A stretch of 64,000 nt of DNA from Macrostomum hystrix (taxonomy: Eukaryota > Animalia > Platyhelminthes): positions 1,798,001-1,862,000 of the forward strand of contig CATNEN010000029.1 in NCBI GenBank assembly GCA_950097015.1, read 5' to 3'. Shown in pieces: positions 1 through 11,169 of the stretch (its first letter is position 1; every line of letters begins with the position of its first letter). The notes below the pieces were generated by a model, which was given only the letters and a program-made list of their open reading frames with translations, did no database searches and was not told the origin of the DNA. A program made the translations under genes and the position numbers.

Positions 1-3000
1 GCCGGCCTCATGACAGCCATCATCGAGGACAGCTACAACAGGATGCCCGACTTCCTGCCGCTGCTCAGGGAGCTGGCTGGCCGCCTGTCAGGATTTCAGG
101 TAGCTCTGCTGCAGCTTCCAGGTAGCTCAGCTGCAGCTTCCAGATTCTCAGCTGAAGCTTCCAGATTCTCAGCTGAAGCTTCCAGATTCTCAGCTGCAGC
201 TTCCAGATTCTCAGCTGTAGCTTCCAGATTCTCAGCTGTAGCTTCCAGATTCTCAGCTGTAGCTTTCAGATTCTCAGCTGTAGCTTCCAGATTCTCAGCT
301 GTAGCTTCCAGATTCTCAGCTGAAGCTTCCAGATTCTCAGCTGCAGCTTCCAGATTCTCAGCTGTAGCTTCCAGATTCTCAGCTGTAGCTTCCAGATTCT
401 CAGCTGTAGCTTTCAGATTCTCAGCTGCAGCTTCCAGATTCTCAGCTGTAGCTTCCAGATTCTCAGCTGCAGCTTCCAGATTCTCAGCTGTAGCTTCCAG
501 ATTCTTAGCTGAAGCTTCCAGATTCTCAGCTGCAGCTTCCAGATTCTCAGCTTCTAATTTACCTGAAGCATTCAATTTATCACCTGAAGCCGCTAGTTTC
601 TCACCGACCGCTGTTGCCAAATTATTTGTCAGATCGAGCTGACAACCCGGTCTGGCGTGAAGATCGCCTGCCGCTCCCTGTTCGTCGGCCACCTGCTTTG
701 CCTGTGCGCCAGTCCCAGGGTTCTGCAGCTACTCCAGTCCAGCTCGGGTGTTCTCTCGCCGTCTCTGTTCGCCAAGAAGGTCAACCTCACCATCGACTTC
801 GCGCCGGAGTGTCGCCTGCCAGCTGACTCGGTGTTCGCGCCGGAGCAGCGCCGATTAGCCTGGCGGGGCGTGCCCAGCTTCTTCATGCCAGTTCTGCGGG
901 ACAGCTTCGACGCACTCGACTGGCTGCTACGGCGCGGCTACATCCGCAAACTGGCCGACACGGACGATGACGGCCGGAACATCATTCACGCCTGCATCGA
1001 GCTGGAGAGCCCCTTCGTGCTGGCCAGCCTTCTAGCCAAGACCAACGACGCCTCGCTGCAGACTCTCCTGCGTCAGGCCGAGAAGACCGTCGCCCGCCAG
1101 ACACCGCTGCTCAAGGCCTGCTCAGCCAGCAGCGCAGCCATGCTTTTCGTCCTACTCCGCGGCCTGCCGTCGGCCTTCCTAACCGGCGGCGAACTCGATG
1201 CTTCGGGCGTCTCCGAGAGCCTCTTGTGCGCCGTGATCTCGCACGTCAAGGATCCGGCGGTAGCTGGCGACCTAGTCGACTTTCTACTGCGTCGGGGCGC
1301 CGTTCCCGACGCCGCCTACTTTGACAAGCGCTGCTGCCTGGACGTGGCCATCGCCAGTGAGCACTTCAGCGGCTCCGATCTCTGCTGCCTGGTTCAACGC
1401 CTGGTGTCGGCCGGAGCTCGCGTCAATCTTGGCGTAATGATCACCTGCCTGAGCTGCGGCTTCCGCACTGACCAGGAGATCCTGGAAATCGCCTGCGAAC
1501 TGCTGGCGGCCGCCGGGACGGAGGCCCTGTGCGACGCCCACCAGAGCGAACTGCGGGAACTGGGCGAGGAGAGCCTGGACATGGGCTCCAATGTGGTGGT
1601 ACAGATGCTACGAAATCCGCAGGTGTCACCGGCCACAGTGCGCACCTTGCTAAAGCATTTCGGCCGCCACATCAACATTTCAGCCGTTTTCCCCACCGTG
1701 CCTCAGGTGAGATAATTGTGCAACTTCAGGCTATTGAAAACTTCAGGCAAGAAGAGAACTTCAGAAAATGGGATAACTTCAGAAAATGAGAAAATTTAGC
1801 TAATTTCTGAAGTGACTTCTGAAGTAACTTCAGGAAATGGGAACACTTCAGGAAATGGGAACACTTCAGGAAATGGGAAAACTTCAGGAAAGGGGAAAAC
1901 TTCAGAAAATGGGAAAACTTCAGGAAATGGGAAAACTTCAGAAAATGGGAAAACTTCAGAAAATGGGAAAACTTCAGGAAATTAGGAAAAAATCAGGTAA
2001 GGGGAGAATTTCAGGATTGGGTAGAACTTCAGGAAATGGGAAAAACTTCAGGAAATGGGAGAACTTCAGGTAAGGGGATGAACTTCAGGCAATGGGAGAA
2101 CTTCAGGTAAGGGGATGAACTTCAGGCTATTGAAAACTTCAGGCAAGAAGAGAACTTCAGAAAATGGGAAAACTTCAGAAAATGGGAACACTTCAGAAAA
2201 TGAGAAAACTTCAGGAAATGGGAACACTTCAGGAAATGGGAAAACTTCAGGAAAGGGGAAAACTTCAGAAAATGGGAAAACTTCAGGAAATGGGAAAACT
2301 TCAGAAAATGGGAAAACTTCAGGAAATTAGGAAAACATCAGGTAAGGGGAGAATTTCAGGATTGGGTAGAACTTCAGGAAATGGGAAAAACTTCAGGAAA
2401 TGGGAGAACTTCAGGTAAGGGGATGAACTTCAGGCAATGGGAGAACTTCAGGTAAGGGGATGAACTTCAGGCTATTGAAAACTTCAGGCAAGAAGAGAAC
2501 TTCAGAAAATGGGAAAATTTCAGAAAATGGGAAAACTTCGGAAAATGAGAAAACTTCAGGAAATGGGAACACTTCAGGAATTGGGAAAACTTCAGGAAAG
2601 GGGAACACTTCAGAAAATGGGATGAACTTCAGGCAATGGGAGAACTTCAGGAAAGGGGATGAACTTCAGGCAATGGGAGAACTTCAGGAAAGGGGATGAA
2701 CTTCAGGCAATGGGATGAACTTCAGGAAATGGGAGAACTTCAGGAAAGAGGATGAACTTCAGGAAATGGGAAAACTTTAGTGAATGGGAAAACTTCAGGT
2801 AAGGGGAGAATTTCAGGAATTGGGTAGAACTTCAAGCAATCGAAATTCAGCAATTGGAAGCTTTTGCTGAAGAACTTCAGCAACGAAAGTAAAGTTTTCA
2901 GCAAGGAAGACAAAAAACTTTGCTTAGTAACCAACAGTCTCGTTAATTTACTTTTCGAAAATCTGATTTCCATTCGGCGGCCTAGAATGTTCTTTATATA

Positions 3001-6000
3001 TATTTTTGGTCGCTTCTGCGATGCCAGATAAAGCCAGTAGATTGATCTTTGATAGCTTGAACTGCTATTGCTGAAGTCATTAATCAAACCAATGGCCCGC
3101 GCTATTCGTATTATATTGAATAGCTTTAGATCTCTTATGATACTATGCTCGTAGAGCATTAGTACTTTCTAATTCCTTACTCAGACGAGGCCATCGTTAC
3201 ACTTCAATACACACACTCTTTACTTGACAGAATTTCACTACAGAAAGTACAATTGGGAAAAAACCAACCTGAGAAAATATGTCATACAAATGTCGCTCCA
3301 GAAATTTCACTCCAGAAATTGCACTTCAGATCTGTTACTTAGAAATTTAACTCCTTAAATTTCACTCCGGTTGAATTTCACTCCAGAAATTTCTCTTGAA
3401 ATCTATCACTTGAAGACAGATCACTTGAAGACTCACTCTTTCACTCCAGAAATTAATGTCACTCCAGAAATGTCACTCTAGAAATCTCACTCCATAAATG
3501 TCACTCTAGAAATAAATGTCACTCCAGAAATCTCACTCCATAAATGTCACTCCAGAAATAAATGTCACTCCAGAAATGTCACTCTAGAAATGTAATTCCA
3601 TGTGGTCTAAATCAACAGCTGGCCGCCGCCCTGGTCCAGGGCATCAGCGCCGAGCTTCGCGTTGTCTCGCCGTCCCTGGCGACGACGACCACCGCGTCGA
3701 CATCAGGCGCCGTCATCGCCACCACCGGCGTCGGCCAGGTGGCCTCTTTGAATCCGGCAAGCCTCGGCCAGGTGCTGGAGTGCCTGGGCAGCTTCGCGGC
3801 CACAGCCAGCTCGGACTCAATCAGGCGGCAGCGGTACAAGGACAGCCTGTTCCACCACATCATGCACCAGCTGTTCCGGGAGACTAACCTGGGCCAATCG
3901 GCCCTGCCAAAGGAGAAGCTGACCAAGGTGCTGCCTGAGTACCTGGCCGTAATGGAGGAGGCGCAGCTGGACATGAACGCCGTTGTCGACGGCCGGGTGT
4001 CGATGTTCGCCGCCTTCGACACAGCCGACAGTCCCGGCTGGCTGGCGTTGAGCTTGCTCCGTAAAATTCCAGCCAGCTTCCGGTTGAACATCCGCGACAA
4101 GCGGGGAAACAACCTGGCCGTTGTGCTGATGCGCAGCTTTAGCCAGCGCTACCGGATGCTGCTGGTCGGCCTGAAGACCCTGCGCAGCCGCGGCTTCAAC
4201 CTGTCAGGCCTGGTGCTCGGCCGGTACACTCTCGTCATGGCATTCGCCGAGATCTGCGGTGCTGGTCTGAAGTCGTTGGAGTCGCAGGCCGCACTGGACG
4301 AAGAACGCGTGCAGCAGTTCATGGAGGTGTTTCGCTATCTCGTAGCCGAGGGGGTCAGCGTTGAACACAGCTTCAGCCACAAGGACGTGGACGATTGCGT
4401 CGTGACAGTGAACGCGCTGTCGCTGGCTCTCTCGCTAGGCGTGTCGGTGCTGGCTCTGGAGCTTCTGCGCTTCCATCCGCGGCTGCTGCTCAGCGTGAGG
4501 CCGTCCACCGTGCTGCGCAGCGTGCAGAAATTCCCGGAGCTGCTGGAGATGCTTAACTCGAGCACGCCGTGCTGCTCGATGCGGCAGCAACTGGCGCTGC
4601 CAACGCCGCCTCCGCCACTGAAGTCAAATCCGGCTAACGGTAATGGTAGACACAATTCTGCGTTCGAGGCCGCGTCCCTGAAGCATCTGTCATCGGTGTC
4701 CACATTTTCGACGTCTAGCAGCTCACAGAACAAGCAGCAGCAGCAGAATGAGGCAAAGGTTGGTGCAGTTCATTAAAGCATTTTTCTATAGGGATAATGA
4801 AAAACTGCTAAGGATTATCAAAGCTTTATTCGAAGGCCCTCGTGACGTGTGGAAAGTAAATTACAGAACAAGTAAAATACGCAGAGTTGGTTGAGCGGTC
4901 TAACGCGTTTGCCTCTAGCTCCAAGGTCACTGAGCTCGATTCTGCGGCGATGACCCATTCATTTGGCGCGCAGCCGCGGAGAGAAGGCTTGGGGGCTTGT
5001 CGTGCAATTTACGACCTTGAGGGTCAACCCCCAAGGCACAGCGATTCTGAGAAATTCAGGGCAGATGTGAGTGTGTGCTCAGGAGTCAGCGGAATTGGTA
5101 GAATTGCATCCTCACTGGCTGAGGGTCAACAAATGATGCGCCATTGCCCACAGCTCTCCTTCTAATATTATTATTATTATTATTCCTTCAGCGCCTGGAC
5201 TCGACAATCCGCCACAGTTGGCACCGCTACGTGCAGCTGCACCACAGTGAGCTGCTTAAGCAGGCCGTGGAAGACGAGGCTGCTCTAGAGACCCTGGTCC
5301 TCGTCTACGACTTCTTCCAGACCTGCGAGACCTTGCAACCGCCAGCTGAAGCTGATGTCGTCGAAGAGGACGATGGACGACGGTCGATCCGGTGGCAGCA
5401 AATGCAAAGGAAACAGCAGCAGCAGCAGCAGCAGCAGACACGTCGCCGGCGGAAGCTAGTTCGGGGAGTCCGCGCCGAGCAGGGTATCTTCCGCGACCCC
5501 GCAGAGTCGCAAGAGCGGATGCACTCTCGCCTGATGCGCATCATTGCCAGCAACTCAACGCTGAAGAGCCACCCGATGGTGACAGAATATTTGCAGCGGT
5601 ACTACGTCAACGCCTTCTTCATGGCTGTACTCATGAATTTGTTTCATTTTTCCTACCTGGTACTGCTAGTCGGTCACCTGTCCTGGGTGACGGTGAATCC
5701 GGCCGGTTTGCCAAATTATTTCTCCGGCTTTCACCTGCTGCGCCGGGGCGCCGGTTCGCCGAACGGTGTCGCCGGCTTTTATTTCTGCCGGCTGTTGTAC
5801 TGCTCCGACGGAGCCGGAGGCGGCGTAGCCTTTGATCTCGAATGCGAGTCGCCTCTGAACGCCAGCTGCTCGATTTGCACCGGCCGAGTCCTGTCTAAGT
5901 CCGCCTGTATGGAGCCCGACGAAGCGGAGTTCTCCCGCTGTCCTGTGCTTGACTGGGACCCTGACGGCTGGTTCTGGGTGTCGCCGACTCAGTACATCCT

Positions 6001-8626
6001 GCTGCTGCTGTCTGGCATGTGCTTCGTTAAAGAGGCCCTGCAGCTAGTGGCAAACGTCCGCGTCTACGGCAGCAACTGGGCGCCCAATGCCATCGAACTA
6101 ATCATGTACAGCCTGATCTTCCTGGCCTGCCTGAACATCTCCGAGTGTACCTGGTCCAGCGGCTTCCGCGAGGCCTGGCAGCGCGACGCCTCGGTGGCGG
6201 CCGCCTTCCTCGCCTGGTCCATGATGTTCTTCTACCTGTCCCGCTTCCAGGCGTTCAGCACCTACGTGATGATGTTCTACACGGCTGTGCGGACTGGAGT
6301 TGGCGTTATGGTTGCCTTTCTGTGCTTCATCATGGGCTTCGTGCACGTGTTTCACATGCTGCTAGGCAATCAGTACAATTTTCGCAGCCTTTGGGTGGCC
6401 TTCTTCAAGACCTGCGACATGATGTTTGGCGGCTTGGACTACAATGAGATTTTCAGCTCTACCTACAATAAGGACGACGGCACGATTAGTTCAGCGGATG
6501 GCAAGATTGTGAGACTGCGATTAAGTGATTTAGCAGTAGAAAGGCCAGGCAATTGTTTCCCTGGGGAAGACCACAGAAGTATATTTATATTCGTTCTCTT
6601 ATATTCAGTTATTCATGTCTCGTCATTGTTCCTCTCCAGATCCGAAACGATGCATACGCTAGAATTGTGTACTTCATATTCATTGTGACAATGCCTGTTG
6701 TACTCATGAACCTCTTTATTGGCCTGATTGTCGGCGATGTTCAACAGATCAACGCAGACGCCGAGGTGAAAACCTGGGTCAACTGTGTGGCGTTCATCGA
6801 TGTCACCTGTGAGTATTCTTGACGTTGATGAAACACTTTTCACGGATTCCAGACAAAAGTACATAGTCGCAGACGCTTGTAAATTGTACTTTTTCAAATG
6901 ATTCCAGGCTGAAATATACTACATTTCCACAGACGTTAATCAATAGATTCGCGATAAAAGTACAGTACCTTGCTCAGGCGTTGGAATATCGTACTTCTGA
7001 AAGTACTTTGGACAAAAGTACATTACATTGTCGCAGGCACTAGTCCATTTGTACATTTTTTTTATATTTCTGACAAAAGTACATTGCCTTGGTACAGACA
7101 GTAGTCAATTTGTACTTTTTAAAAGATTCCGGACAAAAGTTCATCACATTGCCGTGGACGTTAGTCTATTGTGTCTTATAAAAAGTACATTTCCAAGGGC
7201 ATATTCAATACACAGACGACATGCTTCGCTGGACCAGCGGCCTCCGTCGCCGCTGTCAGCGTCGGGCTCGACTGCAAGATGGCGGCGCGGAAACTCGCGA
7301 CGAAGGCGAAGAAGACGACTGCCTCGCGGTCGAGCGGGACTGTCGGTACATCCGGCTGCAGTCCGTCAGCAAAAGTGTGAGTCACTGTGTCCGTGATATA
7401 CAATATTGTTGCTAGAAGACCTCAATTTTCTATTGAAATTCTAAACTCACAATATCAACTCAGAAAATTAAATTGGTATTTTAATGTTGTAAATATATTT
7501 TTGTCCCTGAACAAATTCCCAATTGCTCCAGTAATTTAAAACTGGGTTACCAGCTTTTTAACTACCTACAAGATATGATACTGTGGTGGGGGTCGGTGGC
7601 AGAGCGGTTAACGTGTTTGCCCCTCGCACCAAGGTCCCTAAGTTCGATTCCATGGCGAGGCCACATTTATTTGGGTCGCAGCGGCGCAGAGAAGGCTTGG
7701 GGGCTTGTCGTGCAATTTACGCCCTTGAGGGCCAACCTGCAAGGCACAGTGAGAGTGTACACTGCCTGACGATGAGAAATTCAGGGCAGATGTACACACC
7801 TGAGTGAGCGTGTGCCTGCGTACAGTATCTGTGTGCGTGTGTGCTCAGGAGTCAGCGAAATAGGCAGAATTGCCTCCTCGCTGTCTACAGTCGTGTCACA
7901 AAATAATGTGCCCATTGCCCGCAGCCCTCATGCAATTATTATTATTATTATTATTATTGTTATATCTTCCATCCAGCACCCCCCACCTCCGGCACCTCAG
8001 TCTGTGGTGACCGCTCTCCTGGGCCTGGTGAGCGGTCGCGAGCTTAGCCGGCGACTTCTGGCCTGCGAGAAGCGAAAACTGCGAGTGAAAATTCTGGCTA
8101 AAAGCCTACACGATCGCCTGCCGTTCCTCTACACTGTGTACGATCCACAGGTCGCCGGCCATGAGAACTTCGATCTCGGCGATGAGGAAGCCGCCTCCGA
8201 CGTTGCGGCCGCCGGGCACCGTCATCACGGACATCACGAGGCTGCCGGCGACGGAGAGCGCCGCGGCGACCCGCTTCGGCGGCTGGCCGTCCCCGAGGAT
8301 GTGCAGGCTGATGTGAGCAGTCTGTCTGTCTGTCTGTCCTGGGTGTCTGTATTTCCTGGGTGTCTGTCTGTCCTGGGTGTCTGTCTGTCCTGGGTGTCTG
8401 TCTGTCTGTCCTGGGTGTCTGTCTGTCTGTCCTGGGTGTCTGTCTGTCTGTCCTGGGTGTCTGTCTGTCTGTCCTGGGTGTCTGTCTGTCTGTCCTGGGT
8501 GTCTGTCTGTCTGTCCTGGGTGTCTGTCTGTCTGTCCTGGGTGTCTGTCTGTCCTGGGTGTCTGTCTGTCCTGGGTGTCTGTCTGTCCTGGGTGTCTGTC
8601 AGTCTGCCCAGATAGCTAAGAGTTGA
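1..8626 (+). CDS. TRPA: TRPA-family (ankyrin/TRP) cation channel, 5'-truncated, at least 8 exons, about 1436 aa visible
   Basis: Hand-spliced exons <1-99, 633-1706, 3619-4758, 5192-6508, 6640-6808, 7216-7376, 7977-8312, 8612-8626. All introns are GT..AG with matching phases (0,0,0,0,1,0,0). The N-terminus has ankyrin-like motifs (GRNIIHACIE, QTPLLKAC, CLDVAIAS, GNNLAVVL) and is followed by six hydrophobic segments. The pore helix SLWVAFFKTCDMMFGGLDYNEIF resembles TRPA1 SMMLGDINY, and S6 VLMNLFIGLIVGDVQQI resembles TRPA1 LMNLLIGLAVGDI. The last 15-nt exon is the least certain. Confidence 0.88.
131..552 (+). repeat. 21-bp minisatellite (AGCTTCCAGATTCTCAGCTGT), about 20 copies, in TRPA intron 1
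   Basis: Directly visible tandem unit; it explains the periodic ORFs 10..642 and 96..692. Confidence 0.95.
1727..2822 (+). repeat. 18-bp purine-rich minisatellite (AAAACTTCAGGAAATGGG) with larger block duplications, TRPA intron 2
   Basis: Visible unit; the block CAGGCTATTGAAAACTTCAGGCAAGAAGAG recurs near 1727, 2122 and 2469. Confidence 0.92.
3290..3595 (+). repeat. Diverged TCACTCCAGAAA tandem repeat at the 3' end of TRPA intron 2
   Basis: More than 15 visible copies of the core. Confidence 0.8.
4883..5184 (+). mobile_element. tRNA-derived SINE family A, internally deleted copy with (ATT)n tail, TRPA intron 3
   Basis: Shares blocks with 7587-7958 (AGAAGGCTTGGGGGCTTGTCGTGCAATTTACG; GAGAAATTCAGGGCAGATGT; GTGCTCAGGAGTCAGCG); degenerate A/B boxes; ATT tail. 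Confidence 0.85.
6840..7200 (+). repeat. Old diverged tandem repeat with AAAAGTACA core, TRPA intron 5
   Basis: The core recurs about 8 times at irregular spacing. Confidence 0.6.
7587..7958 (+). mobile_element. tRNA-derived SINE family A, near full-length, TRPA intron 6
   Basis: A-box-like GTGGCAGAGCGGTTAA and B-box GTTCGATTCC; body shared with 4883-5184 and 63780-64000; (ATT)n tail. Confidence 0.88.
8321..8601 (+). repeat. 21-bp minisatellite (CTGTCTGTCTGTCCTGGGTGT) filling TRPA intron 7
   Basis: Visible tandem unit starting 8 nt after the GT donor and ending about 10 nt before the AG acceptor. Confidence 0.95.
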
Positions 8627-8789
8627 GCCAAACTGTACCCATTTCCAGGACCCGTTTCTGCGGCTGCAACGCGATACAGTGATTTTCCCCAACCGGGTGA
8701 CCCGACTGAGAGCCCAGAATGTCGACGCATCGTCGGACACGGAGGAGACTGGGATTTGACTAGCTGAAAATGGCTTGAAAAAAAATAAA

Positions 8790-9910
8790 TACAAGGGTGT
8801 TCAAAAAGTAGTGATACTGTGGCTCTAGATCTTCACTGCATGCTTGAAAGCATGCATACAAAAGATGATGATGGTGATGGTTACAAAAAATTAATGAGCC
8901 AATAGTGAATAGTGAATAGATTTCTGACAAGCCCTGCTTCTGTCGATGGTTAAAATTCATGACATAGTTTCTCTAAGGTACCAGCTTGATTGAGTTCTCC
9001 TTTGAGACTGAGCAGTTTCTGCACAAATGCAAAACATGAATGTGCACTCCAAGGAAGGGCAGCGACATTCACATTGTGGAGCATCGGAAAGAGTGGGTCG
9101 GCGATGTGCATGTCAAACACATCAACCAAATGTGGTTGACATGCACAGGTCAGGAAGACCATTAGCACCAGGTTCAGAAGCCTTGGCTGACCGGATTCTG
9201 GACCTCCTAGAAGAATACTGCAGGCTGACAATTCGTGAGATGGCGGATAGAGTCGACACCCCGCCAGCAACAATCTGACCAGCATGGACTTCGTGAAACT
9301 GAGTGCCCGTTGGGTCCCAAAGCTCGTCACGCCTGATCTGAGACTGCAGCGCCAGCAGACACGCTGTCAGTGTTCTTTGACTGCAGTGGCCCAATCACCA
9401 TTGACTTCCTTGAACCAAATACGACTATCAATGCAGATCGTTATTCATCTCTTCTTGCCAGCCTGAGGGCGGACATCCAGAACAAGCGGCGCTCAGAAGT
9501 CAGGCCCTTCATCCTGCACCATGACAACGCCCGGCCGCGGCCACAGACAGACACCCAGGAAAGACAGGCAGACACCCAGGACAGACAGGCAGACACCCGG
9601 ACAGACAGACACCCAGAACAGACAGTTCCCACAACTGAAGCGCCATCTGAGAGGCCATGTCCACGCCAACCGTGATCACCTGGAGCAGGAAGTTCGCCGA
9701 ATCCTCGTTCACGTGGATTCCGCGTCAGGTCTACGCAGATTCGATTGATGGCTTGATGAGTCGCTGGCAAAAGTGTGTGTTATATTTTGGTGATAACTAT
9801 GTTGAAAAAACTTTATTTATAGATTTATAGTAATATATTCCATAGATCTATAGATTTTTAGTAATAGATTTATAGCCAAAAGTATTACTACGTTTTGGAC
9901 ACCCCTCGTA
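8790..9910 (+). mobile_element. Defective mariner (Tc1/mariner) DNA transposon
   Basis: Imperfect ~29-bp TIRs with terminal TA (left TACAAGGGTGTTCAAAAAGTAGTGATACT; right reverse complement TACGAGGGGTGTCCAAAACGTAGTAATACT). Transposase remnants include DMHRSGRP, LSARWVPKL, FLEPNTTINADRY, LHHDNARP, FPQLKRHLRG and SRWQKC..GDNYVEK. Frameshifted, with the first catalytic Asp region deleted. Confidence 0.92.
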
Positions 9911-10189
9911 AAAACATTTTACTTGATCTCTATTAACTCGCGACTGGAATTCGGACCACTCGGCAGTCTTGTATGGAAGGCCGTTATCTGATTCTAGTAA
10001 TATATTTTTCTCGAAGGATAACATTGCCTTTTTGTTGTTTGTTTATTCTCCAACGTCCTCCCAGTGCCTTGCAACTTGCCTTGCATCAAAATCAAAATAC
10101 CATATTAAAAAGACTTGCTTAACCGAGTGTCCATTGTACATGAAAATTTTATCAGTAAGTTTTTCGTAATTGTGTTCATTGATATGCGC

Positions 10190-10355
10190 ATCCCTGCGTA
10201 CATCCTATGTACATTCTTATGTACATCCGATGTACATTCTTATGTACATTCCTATTTACATTCTTATGTACATCCTATGTACATTCTTATGTACATCCTA
10301 TGTACATTCTTATGTACATTCCTATTTACATTCTTATGTAAATTTCTATGTACAT
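10190..10355 (+). repeat. TACATTCTTATGTACATCC-type short tandem repeat
   Basis: Visible. Confidence 0.85.
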
Positions 10356-11169
10356 TCTAACATTCATTCAGTAATCTACTTTTCACCTACGTAAATGTTT
10401 AATGGATATCCCGTGCGTGATTTTTTGTAGATAGATCATTTGCACTTTCCATTTTCCCCACCGAAAAAATGTTTTTGTTCACATTTTTAAAGTTTATTCC
10501 TTCTTTGACTCGTAAATAAATATTGTGGAGTAAGTGCTTGTGAAAACGCACACTGGATGCACAAAATATTTTTTACGAAAAGCTTGACAAGCGGTATTAG
10601 AATTAATTATGATTTTGAGCATACTACTAAACAACTCACTAAGTAGTCTGGTATGAATTTTCATTCATATTTTTTAAACAAACTACCTTATAATTACTGC
10701 ATTGATTTGAAATAAAGATGTGAAAACAAGTCAAACCCGGTGTTATCAGCATCTGGTGCTGCTTGTCCTAGAGCCAGTCTGACAGCTTCTTGGTCTTAAA
10801 TTTAGGCCAATAATATAAAGTAAATCTCAGCTCGCCACATCTCAAATTCATTCCTAAATACTTAAATTTTCATAGAAAAACTCACTCACGCAACAATTAT
10901 TCCTGCCCGAGCCGGATCTCTGAGTGATTGATCATCAGCGACTCCCGAGGTGCTCAATATGTTGTCGAAATCCCCGAAATGTATTGCGTATTGCGGAAGA
11001 AGCCATGGAAATAGGGAACAGCTTAGCATTGTTTGTATTGCGGTTTGGTAAATATTATTCTGCCTATTTTAGCTGTAGGCCTACTCAAATCAGATCACAA
11101 ATGTGTGGTTTATGAGTCAGCATTGGTTGCTTTTAAAGTGTGACTGTATCCGTGAGAAGTAGCATCATA

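Noticed and set aside
96-692. Antisense 198-aa heptad coiled-coil ORF (AENLEAT)n and the sense 210-aa ORF
   Set aside because: Both result from a stop-free 21-bp intronic repeat; clean phase-0 splice sites at 99/100 and 632/633 remove it.
7760-7800. Hammerhead-like CTGACGA-TGA-GAAA core inside SINE family A
   Set aside because: Stems II and III cannot form, the nucleotide after the putative UC site does not pair into stem I, and the core is not conserved in the other two copies. It reads better as a simple hairpin. An Infernal search with minimal-hammerhead models would settle it.
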